The notes: generated by a model not told the origin, from the sequence alone. DNA of 64,000 bases from an uncultured Veillonellaceae bacterium (GCA_963805085.1 CAWDTA010000005.1:64001-128000), one strand, 5' to 3'; counted from the first letter of the stretch, positions 10,126 through 19,719 are shown. Translations and numbers: made by a program.

Positions 10126-10315
10126 AATCCAGTTGAATTATAAATTCAGCTGGATTTTTTTTGTATAAAATGAATGGCAAAGGCTATGGTATCTAGCTAA
10201 TTCTTGGTACGATAAACTAAAATTAAAATAATTGTATTAGTTTGAGTTTAAAAATTGCAACTGAAAGAATGTATATAAGTGAAGGTTCTTAAAAAAATCT
10301 AAAAAAGGTAAAGGG

Positions 10316-12007
10316 ATGAGAAACATGGATTTAAACACAATGCAAAACACAGTAATCCCTAAAGTCATTTTTTCTGACAATGTAAAACAGCTGGATTTCA
10401 ACACTGTCAAAGGGATGGGAGAAAGAATGATTACACTTGGGCTGAAGAAGTCAGCAGAAAAAATCAACATGCAGCAAAAAAGTATGGCGATTGATACCTT
10501 AGCAGACTCGAAGGCAGCAGCACAGGCCACGAATATTTCTATTGATCCAAGTACAGCAATCGAAATCAATGCCGATATTGCCTACTCTATCGGGACCGCA
10601 GCGGCTGGTCAACAGCTTCTAGTTAAAATCAATACAACGAATATGTTAAAGCTTACGGCGATTACAAGTTTTAGTGCAGCTACTACCTTTCAAACATTTG
10701 TATTTACACTGAATGCACAGAATGAAATTAACCAGATTGTACAATCAATTGATTACTTTGGTTCTTTTGATGTTGTTTCGTTCTTGCCTAAAGGAGGGTA
10801 TTATTACGTTCTGATCTATATCACTGCCGGTGGTGGAGATATGCAGTTTCAATTAGCAAAATCAGATACATGCAGTGCGGCAGAGCCAAATGATACGCCA
10901 AGCACACTTACAGCTAAGGTAAATGGTTTTAAGCTTACAGATATGTTTGATAACATCAATGATCTGGATGCAGTTCATTTAAGTGTTACCAAACCAAATG
11001 ATGCAGCCACAACGCCTGAAACAATGAGTATGGCATTTATTTTTAATGATAGCAATACAAAAGGTACCGTTAATCTTTACATTTATAATGTAAATCAAGG
11101 TGCTTGGGGTGTAGCTGCTGCATTAACAGCACCATTTATTGATATAAAATGGGCGCCACCAGAATTTGGAGATTATTATGTGTATGTGCAACCGACATCC
11201 GCTGATTTACTGAATAAAGGTTATGTGTTTAGTGCGGGGCAGCTTTCAACAGATGTAGCACAGGTAAACCGATTTGATCTTACAGATATGTTTGATAACC
11301 TCTATGATATGGATACGGTTCATTTAAGCATTACAAAACCAAATGATGCAGCCACGACGCCAGAGCCAGTGTATATGTCGTTCATTTTTAAAGATATCAA
11401 TACAAAAGGTAACGTTAATCTTTGCATTATTAATGTGAATCAAGGTACCTGGAGTGTAAAGAATGCAGCATTAGCAGCACCATTTGTTGGTTTGAAATGG
11501 GAGCCGAAAACATTTGGAGATTACTATGTGTATGTACAGCCGACAACCGCTAATTTAGTGAATAAAGAATATACGTTTAGTGCAGGACAGCTTTCGGCAA
11601 TTATTGTTCCATTCAGCATAAATGTTGGAAGTGTAACCTCATACCGGGATTACGGAAAATATGGCGGGGAATTTTGGGTGAATGGTGGCAGTTGTGTGAT
11701 TCTTGGCTGGGCACGAGGAGTCAAAGACGGGTCAGATGGTTATGCATGTCCTGATACGCCTTTGGAAATTGAGATCACGGGAAAAGATGCAGGCGATGTC
11801 ACAAGGGCATATGCAGTCACTGATAAAAATGGTAACTTTCAAATGACCGTTGGCTTGCCATATAGCTATGGGAAAGATGGTGCTTTCAGTGGTTACAAAT
11901 ATATACATAGCTATGACATACAGCCAGTTGAATTTTATGGCATAAATGGTAAAGATGGTAAAGACATTTACTCAAACATGGATGTAATTTTAAATGTAGT
12001 AGATTGA
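10316..12007 (+). CDS. Hypothetical beta-rich protein with two tandem 115-aa repeats (PPC-like)
   Basis: 563-aa ORF; LTDMFDN...GDYYVYVQPT...FSAGQLS repeated with 345-nt period; AEPNDT motif. Confidence 0.75.
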   Translation: MRNMDLNTMQNTVIPKVIFSDNVKQLDFNTVKGMGERMITLGLKKSAEKINMQQKSMAIDTLADSKAAAQATNISIDPSTAIEINADIAYSIGTAAAGQQLLVKINTTNMLKLTAITSFSAATTFQTFVFTLNAQNEINQIVQSIDYFGSFDVVSFLPKGGYYYVLIYITAGGGDMQFQLAKSDTCSAAEPNDTPSTLTAKVNGFKLTDMFDNINDLDAVHLSVTKPNDAATTPETMSMAFIFNDSNTKGTVNLYIYNVNQGAWGVAAALTAPFIDIKWAPPEFGDYYVYVQPTSADLLNKGYVFSAGQLSTDVAQVNRFDLTDMFDNLYDMDTVHLSITKPNDAATTPEPVYMSFIFKDINTKGNVNLCIINVNQGTWSVKNAALAAPFVGLKWEPKTFGDYYVYVQPTTANLVNKEYTFSAGQLSAIIVPFSINVGSVTSYRDYGKYGGEFWVNGGSCVILGWARGVKDGSDGYACPDTPLEIEITGKDAGDVTRAYAVTDKNGNFQMTVGLPYSYGKDGAFSGYKYIHSYDIQPVEFYGINGKDGKDIYSNMDVILNVVD

Positions 12008-12312
12008 TATTGTTATGCTGAATGAGAAGTTACTAAATAAGGAAATTTAATGATGTAGAGAAGCTTTTTGCTTTACTTATGCATACCAGCCCTTAAATAT
12101 TAAAAAGTGTAGATGAGATAGTCAAAAATGGTTATCTTATCTACACTTTTTTTATTTGTAATAGGTGTATTGTTTTAATAGGAAATACGTATATTACTAT
12201 TTTGAGATAAAATATAAATTATGGAATAACTTAACTTTTTTTTAAAAATTACGATATATTATAATAACAAGACATGATTTCATGGATGGAGTTTTAGAAA
12301 GGGAGTTTTAGT

Positions 12313-13290
12313 ATGCAGATTACAAACAAGCAACAGATCGTTGCTCATAAAAACACGATTCAAGGTGAGAAAGTCGTAGGTGCAAGTAATGGCAGGGCAA
12401 AGGTAAGTCTAAGTAAAGGTTTCAGTAGTACCCCGGCGGCGACGTTTAAAAATTCAACGAAGGATGACTATGACGCCTCAACATTGAATCCATTACAAAA
12501 ACGTGTTTTATCATTACAAGAACAAATAACAAATCTCAATAGTGATGAGAAAATGGATAATGACACGAAGAACAGCCAACTGAAATCTCTTCAAGAAGAA
12601 CTTGAGTCAGTACAGGAACAAATGGTAAAGCAGCAAGAAGATGCTCCCATAACGGATACAAGCCCCCAAATAGACAGTAAAGATGAAGCAACAGTTACTA
12701 CAGAAAATACTGATACCGATAAGATTAATTCAACAGAAAATAATGATAAGTCAGCGGAGCAACAACAAGTGTCTTTTGGGAAAACTCTTCAAATGAAGAG
12801 TTCATCTCCTGTAAAAAGTTCATCCGCTATGGCAATTTATTCCGAAGAGCAGGATTGGTACAGCAGTCAGGAATATAAAGACCTTGTAGAAAAATGGCGC
12901 AAAGAAGGTTATACGGACGAGCAAATTTATTACGACACGCATGTGGTTGAGGCACCAGGAGGAGTAATGGGGGATCACATGCATGAAATAACAGGTATAG
13001 TCAAAGATGTATGCGATAAATATGGATTTGATTATTATGAACGGCGTGGTCATGAGCCGGATATGGAAGCTATTTTGAAAAAAAACGGCAAAAAAGGTAA
13101 AAGTATTTATGAAGCGATGAGTCAAGCCTTTTCCGACTTTGAAAAAACCATTTGGCAGCAAACAGCAAAAGATCGCGAGGGATTTTCGTTTACCCATGAT
13201 AATGGATACGAAGGTGCGATTTGGAAAATTATTATCCCATCAAGTGCCGATCCAAATAAAAGTCGAGATCCGTTGAGTTTTATTAAATAA
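12313..13290 (+). CDS. Hypothetical protein with FlxA-like coiled coil, paralog 1
   Basis: LQKRVLSLQEQI...LKSLQEELESVQEQ coiled coil; GGGAG RBS; paralog immediately downstream. Confidence 0.75.
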   Translation: MQITNKQQIVAHKNTIQGEKVVGASNGRAKVSLSKGFSSTPAATFKNSTKDDYDASTLNPLQKRVLSLQEQITNLNSDEKMDNDTKNSQLKSLQEELESVQEQMVKQQEDAPITDTSPQIDSKDEATVTTENTDTDKINSTENNDKSAEQQQVSFGKTLQMKSSSPVKSSSAMAIYSEEQDWYSSQEYKDLVEKWRKEGYTDEQIYYDTHVVEAPGGVMGDHMHEITGIVKDVCDKYGFDYYERRGHEPDMEAILKKNGKKGKSIYEAMSQAFSDFEKTIWQQTAKDREGFSFTHDNGYEGAIWKIIIPSSADPNKSRDPLSFIK

Positions 13291-13421
13291 ATACCTAAAT
13301 TAATAGAAATTTTAATTGAGCCTTAAATTTATGGCTCAATTTTCTTACAGATAAAAGGGGATTCATAATATAATAGCAAGACATAATTTCATGGATGGAG
13401 TTTTAGAAAGGGAGTTTTAGT

Positions 13422-14327
13422 ATGCAGATTACAAATAAGCAACAGATCGTTGCTCATAAAAACGCGATTCAAGGTGAAAAAGTTGTAGGCACTAGTAATA
13501 ACAAGGTACAGGAAAAGACAGGTAAAGGTTTCAGTAGTACCCCGGCGGCGTTGTTTAAAAATTCAACGAAGGATGACTATGACACCTCAACCTTGAATTC
13601 ATCACAAAAGCGTATTTTGTCATTGCAAGAACAAATTGCGAATTTCAATGGTGATGAGAAAATGGAGAATGACACGAAGAGCAACCTATTGAAACCTCTG
13701 CAAGAGGAGCTTGCATCGGTGCAGGAAGAAATGTTAAAGCAGCAGGAAGATGCTCTCGCAGTAAAGACAAATAATAAAGATCTAGAATATTGCAAACATG
13801 TTTATAAAGAGGGCTGTGATGGTTGTATTGATTACACCAATCCAGATTATTACAAAGATCAGGATTTTAAAGATTTTGTTTCAGAATGTTATAAAGAAAG
13901 TTATACGGATGAGCAGATTTACGGATTCACACATATAGTTACCGCACCAGAAATAGAAATGGGTTCTCACATTTGGGAAATAAAAGATATGGTCAAAGAC
14001 GTATGTGCTAAATACGGATTCAATTATTATGAGCGGCGTGGTCATATGCCAGATATGGAAGCTATTTTGAAAGAAAATGGTAAAGCGGCGTATGAAGCAT
14101 TGAATCAAGTTTTTTCCGAATTCGAAAAAAACATTTGGCAGCAAGGATCAAAAGATCGTGAGGGGTTTTCCGCTTTTCAAAGAAAACTTGGGGAGCAGGG
14201 ATTACAAAATGGACAGGACGTTTCGTCTTCCCATAATGGTGGATTTAGCGGTACGATTTGGGAAGTTCTGATCCCACCAAGTGCAGATCCAAATAAAAGC
14301 CGAGATCCGTTGAGCTTTATTAAATAA
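13422..14327 (+). CDS. Hypothetical protein with FlxA-like coiled coil, paralog 2
   Basis: Same N-terminus (MQITNKQQIVAHKN) and C-terminus (SADPNKSRDPLSFIK) as paralog 1. Confidence 0.75.
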   Translation: MQITNKQQIVAHKNAIQGEKVVGTSNNKVQEKTGKGFSSTPAALFKNSTKDDYDTSTLNSSQKRILSLQEQIANFNGDEKMENDTKSNLLKPLQEELASVQEEMLKQQEDALAVKTNNKDLEYCKHVYKEGCDGCIDYTNPDYYKDQDFKDFVSECYKESYTDEQIYGFTHIVTAPEIEMGSHIWEIKDMVKDVCAKYGFNYYERRGHMPDMEAILKENGKAAYEALNQVFSEFEKNIWQQGSKDREGFSAFQRKLGEQGLQNGQDVSSSHNGGFSGTIWEVLIPPSADPNKSRDPLSFIK

Positions 14328-14454
14328 ATAACTAAATTAATAGAAATTTTAATTAGCATCAAATTTATAAATAAAATTTTTCTGCATAAAGAAAAAGATA
14401 GTATTGCAGTGTTAGAATGCTTTCTAGCACTGGAATACTATTTTTTATGATTTT

Positions 14455-14506
14455 TGTTTACATGGAAACAAAAATATGTTATTGTTATATTGTTTCTGTG
14501 GAAACA
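14455..14506. promoter_or_regulatory. Two palindromic operators for the adjacent MarR
   Basis: TGTTTACATGGAAACA (14455-14470) and TGTTTCTGTGGAAACA (14491-14506). Confidence 0.65.
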
Positions 14507-14520
14507 AAGGAGGTTTTAGT

Positions 14521-14973
14521 ATAGATAATGCAATGCAAATTATAAGATCACTTACGCGAATACAAGAGCGTTCTGATATTCTTGAGCATCATCAAGAGGA
14601 GATTTTTGCGGGGATTAGTTTAGCGGAAGCACATTGTATCGATAAGATTGGTTCGATTGACTATGCAAATGTCACGAAAGTGGCTGCTGAAATGGGGATG
14701 ACACGAGGGGCTATAAGTAAAATCAGTAAGAAACTATTAAATAAAAATTTAATTGAAAGTTACCAAAAGCCAGAGAATAACAAAGAAATTTATTTTTGTC
14801 TTACGGAGCAAGGTAAAAAAGTATATATTGAGCATAAAAAATGTCATAAGCAAGCGAATGAAGAAAAATTATTAATTTTGTCAAAGTATAGTGAAACTGA
14901 GCAATTGATTATCTTGCGGTTTCTGAGCGATATGAACCGGAGATATGATAAAAAGATAAATGAAGAAGTATAA
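14521..14973 (+). CDS. MarR family transcriptional regulator (start uncertain: ATA 14521 or ATG 14533)
   Basis: MTRGAISKISKKL HTH, NNKEIYFCLT wing. Confidence 0.9.
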   Translation: MDNAMQIIRSLTRIQERSDILEHHQEEIFAGISLAEAHCIDKIGSIDYANVTKVAAEMGMTRGAISKISKKLLNKNLIESYQKPENNKEIYFCLTEQGKKVYIEHKKCHKQANEEKLLILSKYSETEQLIILRFLSDMNRRYDKKINEEV

Positions 14974-14994
14974 ATAGGATACATAAAGGGGGAT

Positions 14995-16197
14995 ATGAAT
15001 TTGAATCGAAAATATGTGTATGTAGTAGCGTTAGGTCATTTTTTCTGTGATATTGGCATGGGAGCATTGCCAGCAATTTTGCCATTTTTTATTTTACAGT
15101 ATGGTATGGATTATCAGGCAGTAGCAGGATTGATGTTTGCTTCCTGCTTTTTATCATCGGTTGTCCAACCGACCTTCGGCTGGCTGGCAGATCGTACGTC
15201 AAAAACATGGCTTATGCCACTGGGAATTTTCTTAGCTGGTGCAGCAATGGGGCTGGCGGGGCTTTTTGAAAATTATTGGTCTATTTTTGCAGTCGTAACG
15301 GTGAGTGGCATCGGCAGTGCTATTTTCCATCCAGAAGCGGCGCGGATGATCCATAAGCTTTCTGGAGCAAAAAGAGGCACAGCGCTGAGTATTTTTTCTG
15401 TGGGCGGGAACGGTGGTTTCGCTGTCGGCCCGATTATTGCCGTGGCTGCCATTACGGCGTTCGGTATGAAAGGAACGGCGGTATTTTGTTTATTGGCCTT
15501 GATCATGGCAATTGTTTTATTGATCATTGTTCCGAAAATGAAAGCAGATATCGCGCAGACATCATTATCTGAAGCAGCGGCAGCTGGAAAGGGAGCAGAA
15601 CCAAAAAGCAATCTTCAAAATGATTGGCCATCTTTTGCACGCTTGACACTGTTGATCGTTTTTAGTTCGATTGTCATTTGCGGGTTACGAAGCTTTATTC
15701 CGCTATATTTGGTAAATGTCACAGGGCTTTCTACTGCGGCAGCTGGCTCGGCGTTGACGTTATTATTTATGTTTGGTGTAGTGACTACACTCATTGGTGG
15801 ACTATTGGCAGACAGAATCGGTTATTTGAAAGTGGTGCAGATGAGTTATGTACTTTTGGTACCGATGGTAGGTTTATTATCACAGACGACGAATGCGTTC
15901 ATTTGTTATGCGCTGATGATACCGATCGGCTTTGCGATGTTTTCACCGTTTAGTTCAGTCGTTGTTTTGGGGCAGAATTATTTAGCACGTAGTATAGGTT
16001 TTGCTTCGGGCGTGACGCTAGGGCTTACTTTTAGTGTAGGTGGTGTGTTTGTTCCATTGATTGGTAGTTTTGCGGATCATTACGGCCTGCCAGCGACGAT
16101 GGAACTTCTCACCGCGTTTGCATTACTGGCAGCATTATGTTCTTTCTTTTTGCCAAAACCTGTACATATGAGGGCAACTCAAGCGAAGGCTGTGTAA
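14995..16197 (+). CDS. MFS transporter, Fsr-like
   Basis: GHFFCD, QPTFGWLAD, AIFHPEAA, FSVGGNGGFAVGP; ~12 TM segments. Confidence 0.85.
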   Translation: MNLNRKYVYVVALGHFFCDIGMGALPAILPFFILQYGMDYQAVAGLMFASCFLSSVVQPTFGWLADRTSKTWLMPLGIFLAGAAMGLAGLFENYWSIFAVVTVSGIGSAIFHPEAARMIHKLSGAKRGTALSIFSVGGNGGFAVGPIIAVAAITAFGMKGTAVFCLLALIMAIVLLIIVPKMKADIAQTSLSEAAAAGKGAEPKSNLQNDWPSFARLTLLIVFSSIVICGLRSFIPLYLVNVTGLSTAAAGSALTLLFMFGVVTTLIGGLLADRIGYLKVVQMSYVLLVPMVGLLSQTTNAFICYALMIPIGFAMFSPFSSVVVLGQNYLARSIGFASGVTLGLTFSVGGVFVPLIGSFADHYGLPATMELLTAFALLAALCSFFLPKPVHMRATQAKAV

Positions 16198-16367
16198 GTA
16201 GTTCGGATATCTTTGAAAAAGCATACGAAAAAAATAAAATTTCATCCGGGTTAATATTTAGGCTGTTGAGAAAATTATATCTCAACAGCCTTTTAAATTT
16301 ATATTACTATTACAAAAATCCACTTAAAACATCAATAAATATTAGTTTAGAAAAAATTTGTATTACC

Positions 16368-16398
16368 CCGTATCCATTTTAGTTATAATTGAGACTAA
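16368..16398 (+). promoter_or_regulatory. Candidate ECF sigma promoter, copy 1
   Basis: CCGTATCC-N17-GACTAA, identical boxes and spacing to 17450-17480. Confidence 0.6.
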
Positions 16399-16495
16399 TA
16401 TTATAGAAATTGATTGATCCACTAGTTATGGATGTTGATTAAATAGACAGCATTTTGTCATAAAAAACAAGATCAGCTAGAAAGGATAAACTATA

Positions 16496-17140
16496 ATGAA
16501 AGTAGAGTCCAATATTCGTGGAATTATTGTACCGCATGCCCCAACATTGCTGGCAGAGAAAATTGACGATCAAGCATCTTCCGTTATAGCAGCACTTCAG
16601 GATTGTGGCAAAAGGATGGAAGAGTGGGGGGGGGGAGGTTGTCGTTGCAGTTACAACGCATTGGCAAACGGAGGATAAATTTTTCATAGATAATTCATTA
16701 CTACATGAAACATCAATGGAGTATTCTAATTGCGAAACCCAATTTGCCTATGATGTCTTTGGACATCCGGAATTGGCCGAATTGTTATTGCAGGCAGGTG
16801 AAAGAAATTTGATCTTTCCTAGCATTTGTAAACATGGTACTGATCATGCGATTGCTATTCCCTTACACTTTATGTTTTCAGAAAAAAATATTCCTGTAAT
16901 TCCGCTCTCTGTATCTGGTTCAATGCTCTGTTCATTCCGATGGGGGAGAACGTTGAGGGATACACTAAGAAAATGGGGTGGGAAAGTATTATTTCTTGCT
17001 TCTGGTTCCCTTTTTCACGATTTTAACTGTTTTATGAGTGGTAAGATGCTGATGGAACATGAAAAACTTGATTGGCAGGTTCTTAAACTGCTTTCAGAGG
17101 GAAAAGGTATGGATATTTTGGAGATTGATCAAAGCCTAAT
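16496..17140 (+). pseudogene. LigB/DODA-type extradiol dioxygenase, frameshifted in a G10 run and 3'-truncated
   Basis: IVPHAP, TTHW, DHAIAIPL, ASGSLFH motifs split over two frames at G10 (16626-16635). Confidence 0.8.
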
Positions 17141-17431
17141 GAGGATCCAGATAAGATGTGTGAGACGAAATATAAGCAATTTTTGGTGCAGCAAGCAATT
17201 TTGAAATTGCCTGAAACTCAGCGTGTTCTTATTATTTTGCATGATCTTGAGGGAATCCCTGTTTCGGAAGTTGCCAGTATTTTAAATATGAATACCAATG
17301 CAGCAAAATCAAGAATTCATCGTGGTAGAGCGGCTTTGCGCAATATTATAAGGAAAGGTTTTGTGGTCAAAGGAATGGAAGGGGTAGGCGTAGGCGTTTT
17401 TTCAACTGAAGATTCTAGTAAAATGATGTAG
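17136..17431 (+). pseudogene. C-terminal region 4 of an ECF sigma factor, N-terminus deleted
   Basis: QAILKLPETQRVLIILHDLEG..EVASILNMNTNAAKSRIHRGRAALR; no region 2 upstream. Confidence 0.8.
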
Positions 17432-17449
17432 AAAAAAAGTTGCAATAGG

Positions 17450-17480
17450 CCGTATCCTTTTCACAGAAAGAGTTGACTAA
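17450..17480 (+). promoter_or_regulatory. Candidate ECF sigma promoter, copy 2
   Basis: CCGTATCC-N17-GACTAA, 32 nt upstream of the DoxX start. Confidence 0.6.
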
Positions 17481-17512
17481 CTATATAAATACAAAAAAAG
17501 GGGATTTAAAAA

Positions 17513-17926
17513 ATGGTAAAACGTTATTATGAATGGAGCATGATTATCATCCGTGTTTCACTAGGCATAATTTTTCTAGCGCATGGAGTGCAAAAATTAT
17601 CTGGAATGGACGGTATTGTTCAATGGTTTGGCTCAATTGGGTTACCACCCGTACTTGCCTATGTGGTAGCTACCATTGAGACTGTGGGCGGGGCATTCTT
17701 GATCCTAGGATTGTTTACACGAGTTGCAGCCGCTGGAATTTTGTTTGTTATGCTAGGCGCAATTTTTTCGGTCAAACTTAGCAAAGGATTTATTGGCGGA
17801 TATGAGTTTGATGTATCGCTACTAGCGATGGCATTGTCATTGATTTTATCAGGAAGTAACACTTTTTCACTAGGAAATCTATTTAGTTCATCAATAGCAA
17901 GTTCTTCTGCAAAGAAAAACGGCTAA
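17513..17926 (+). CDS. DoxX family membrane protein
   Basis: IRVSLGIIFLAHGVQK, ETVGGAFLILGLFTR, GGYEF. Confidence 0.9.
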   Translation: MVKRYYEWSMIIIRVSLGIIFLAHGVQKLSGMDGIVQWFGSIGLPPVLAYVVATIETVGGAFLILGLFTRVAAAGILFVMLGAIFSVKLSKGFIGGYEFDVSLLAMALSLILSGSNTFSLGNLFSSSIASSSAKKNG

Positions 17927-17966
17927 TCATGATATAATCTAAAATATATAAAGGAGGTTTTTCTCA

Positions 17967-18089
17967 ATGGCACAATTAGGCGAAGTATTAGTTTGCGAGC
18001 TCTGTGGAAATGAAGTGACTGTCACTAAAGCTGGCGGCAACCCAGAAATTCACTGCTGCGGTCAGGTAATGAAGAAAAAAAACAAATAA
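17967..18089 (+). CDS. Desulforedoxin-like FeCys4 mini-protein (40 aa, not in ORF track)
   Basis: MAQLGEVLVCELCGNEVTVTKAGGNPEIHCCGQVMKKKNK with CxxC...CC; strong AAGGAGG RBS. Confidence 0.85.
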   Translation: MAQLGEVLVCELCGNEVTVTKAGGNPEIHCCGQVMKKKNK

Positions 18090-18092
18090 AAA

Positions 18093-18142
18093 ATGAGGGC
18101 AACCAATAGAAGAGATATACTTCGTTGGTTGCCCTCATCTTT
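18093..18142. terminator. Bidirectional terminator
   Basis: ATGAGGGCAACCAA...TTGGTTGCCCTCAT between convergent genes. Confidence 0.8.
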
Positions 18143-18150
18143 TATTTTGA

Positions 18151-18960
18151 CTACATTCTTAAAAACTTCATTAAACAATAGTTAAATCTATCAAGTTCAT
18201 CATAGAAGAGACCATGCCCACTATATTCAAAAGGTATTAACATCGAACTTTCGATATAATGATGCATTTCTTCAGCGGAGGGGAAAGGCACGATTTGGTC
18301 ATGAATAGCGTGGAATATACCTGTTGGAACAAATATTCGCTGTGCATCTTTCCTTAAATCTTCGTCACGAAGAGATATTGCCGTCATAGCGGTTGCATGG
18401 CCGGAGGCTTCTAGAGCAAGTCCATTGAACCAATTCTTAAACTCATTACTTAGCTTGCTTGCAAAAAATTTCTTACCAAAATCGCTTATCATCTTCGGAC
18501 GGTCAGTATAGGTTTGCCATATTATCTTATCAACTTCCTGAATAGAAAGCCCAAAGGGATAATCCATGCGCTTAGTAAATAGAGGCACTGCCGCACTTAC
18601 TAAGGCGAGCTTTGATACGCCGTAGCTCGAATGACGGTTCATATATCTTACGGCGATGGCTCCTCCCATTGAAAATCCTAAGAGAGTTATATCGTGGAGA
18701 TTTAGGGCTCCAATGACTGAGCGAACATCATCTGCCAATTGATCATAGCAATACCCTTCCCACGGGCTGTCGGATTTGCCAAAACCCCTTATATCTATAC
18801 TAATACAGCGAAATCCATATTTGGGGAGATGGTTAAATTGATATTCAAACATTTTGTGGCTTGACGGCCAGCCGTGAAGGAACAATACAGTTTCTCCATT
18901 ACAAGGATTTAAGTCATTCACGAAAATCCGGACGCCCTTTTCTACCTCAATATAGCCCAC
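18151..18960 (-). CDS. Alpha/beta hydrolase, non-heme chloroperoxidase family
   Basis: LHGWP, RGFGKSD, GFSMGG, DQIVP, SGHG; GTG start at 18960 after GAGGTG. Confidence 0.9.
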   Translation of the reverse strand: MGYIEVEKGVRIFVNDLNPCNGETVLFLHGWPSSHKMFEYQFNHLPKYGFRCISIDIRGFGKSDSPWEGYCYDQLADDVRSVIGALNLHDITLLGFSMGGAIAVRYMNRHSSYGVSKLALVSAAVPLFTKRMDYPFGLSIQEVDKIIWQTYTDRPKMISDFGKKFFASKLSNEFKNWFNGLALEASGHATAMTAISLRDEDLRKDAQRIFVPTGIFHAIHDQIVPFPSAEEMHHYIESSMLIPFEYSGHGLFYDELDRFNYCLMKFLRM

Positions 18961-19175
18961 TATGGCAACACCTCGCTTACCTGTCGTTATAATCTTAATA
19001 TAGGATATGAAAAGAGACATAATATGGTACCTCATTTTTATGGTCATATGTAACAACGGGAAGCATACGATGCATTTGCAAGATATTCTGGCGACAATGA
19101 TGCCCATTATTGTGCTTAGTCGATATAAATATTGACATAGGCGTATAGTTGCTATATACTTTTGTCATGATAAAT

Positions 19176-19643
19176 ATGAATGATTTACATGAATTAAGAA
19201 TTAGTTATTCACTATTAAGAGTAGTATACAGGTTTTTTGAAATTAATAAAGAAACTCGTTATCTTGGTACTGATGTACCGCTATTTCCTTCGGAAGTTCA
19301 TATGATTAAAGCGATCAAACAAAATGATGGGATACATGTAACTGGTCTGGCCAATATTCTAAAGGTAACTAAGGGCGCGGTCTCTCAGATTATAATGAAG
19401 CTTGAAAGGAAAGGTTTAATTCGAAAAGAAAAGGATATAAATAATCAATCAAGGCTTGTCCTAAAATTAACTGCTAAAGGTGAACTAGCCTGTAGTAATC
19501 ATGAAAAATTTCATAAGAAAATTGATGCTATGGTAAATGAATTAGTTAAAGATGCATCTGAGGAAAATGTTAAGTTTTTCAAAGATACTTTGGTTGCTTT
19601 AGAAGAAAAACTGGAGCTTTTAAAAAAGGAAATTGATAAATAA
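19176..19643 (+). CDS. MarR family transcriptional regulator
   Basis: VTKGAVSQIIMKLERKGLI HTH; start uncertain (19167 or 19176). Confidence 0.9.
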   Translation: MNDLHELRISYSLLRVVYRFFEINKETRYLGTDVPLFPSEVHMIKAIKQNDGIHVTGLANILKVTKGAVSQIIMKLERKGLIRKEKDINNQSRLVLKLTAKGELACSNHEKFHKKIDAMVNELVKDASEENVKFFKDTLVALEEKLELLKKEIDK

Positions 19644-19660
19644 AAATTTTTTAAACAAAG

Positions 19661-19677
19661 TGTATAGTATCTATACA
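19661..19677. promoter_or_regulatory. MarR operator upstream of MATE (second copy at 19143-19157)
   Basis: TGTATAG-TAT-CTATACA palindrome; related GTATAG-TTG-CTATAT lies in the marR promoter. Confidence 0.65.
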
Positions 19678-19719
19678 TAAAGATAAGAACTGTATTTCAT
19701 TGAAAGGAAGGATAAAACA

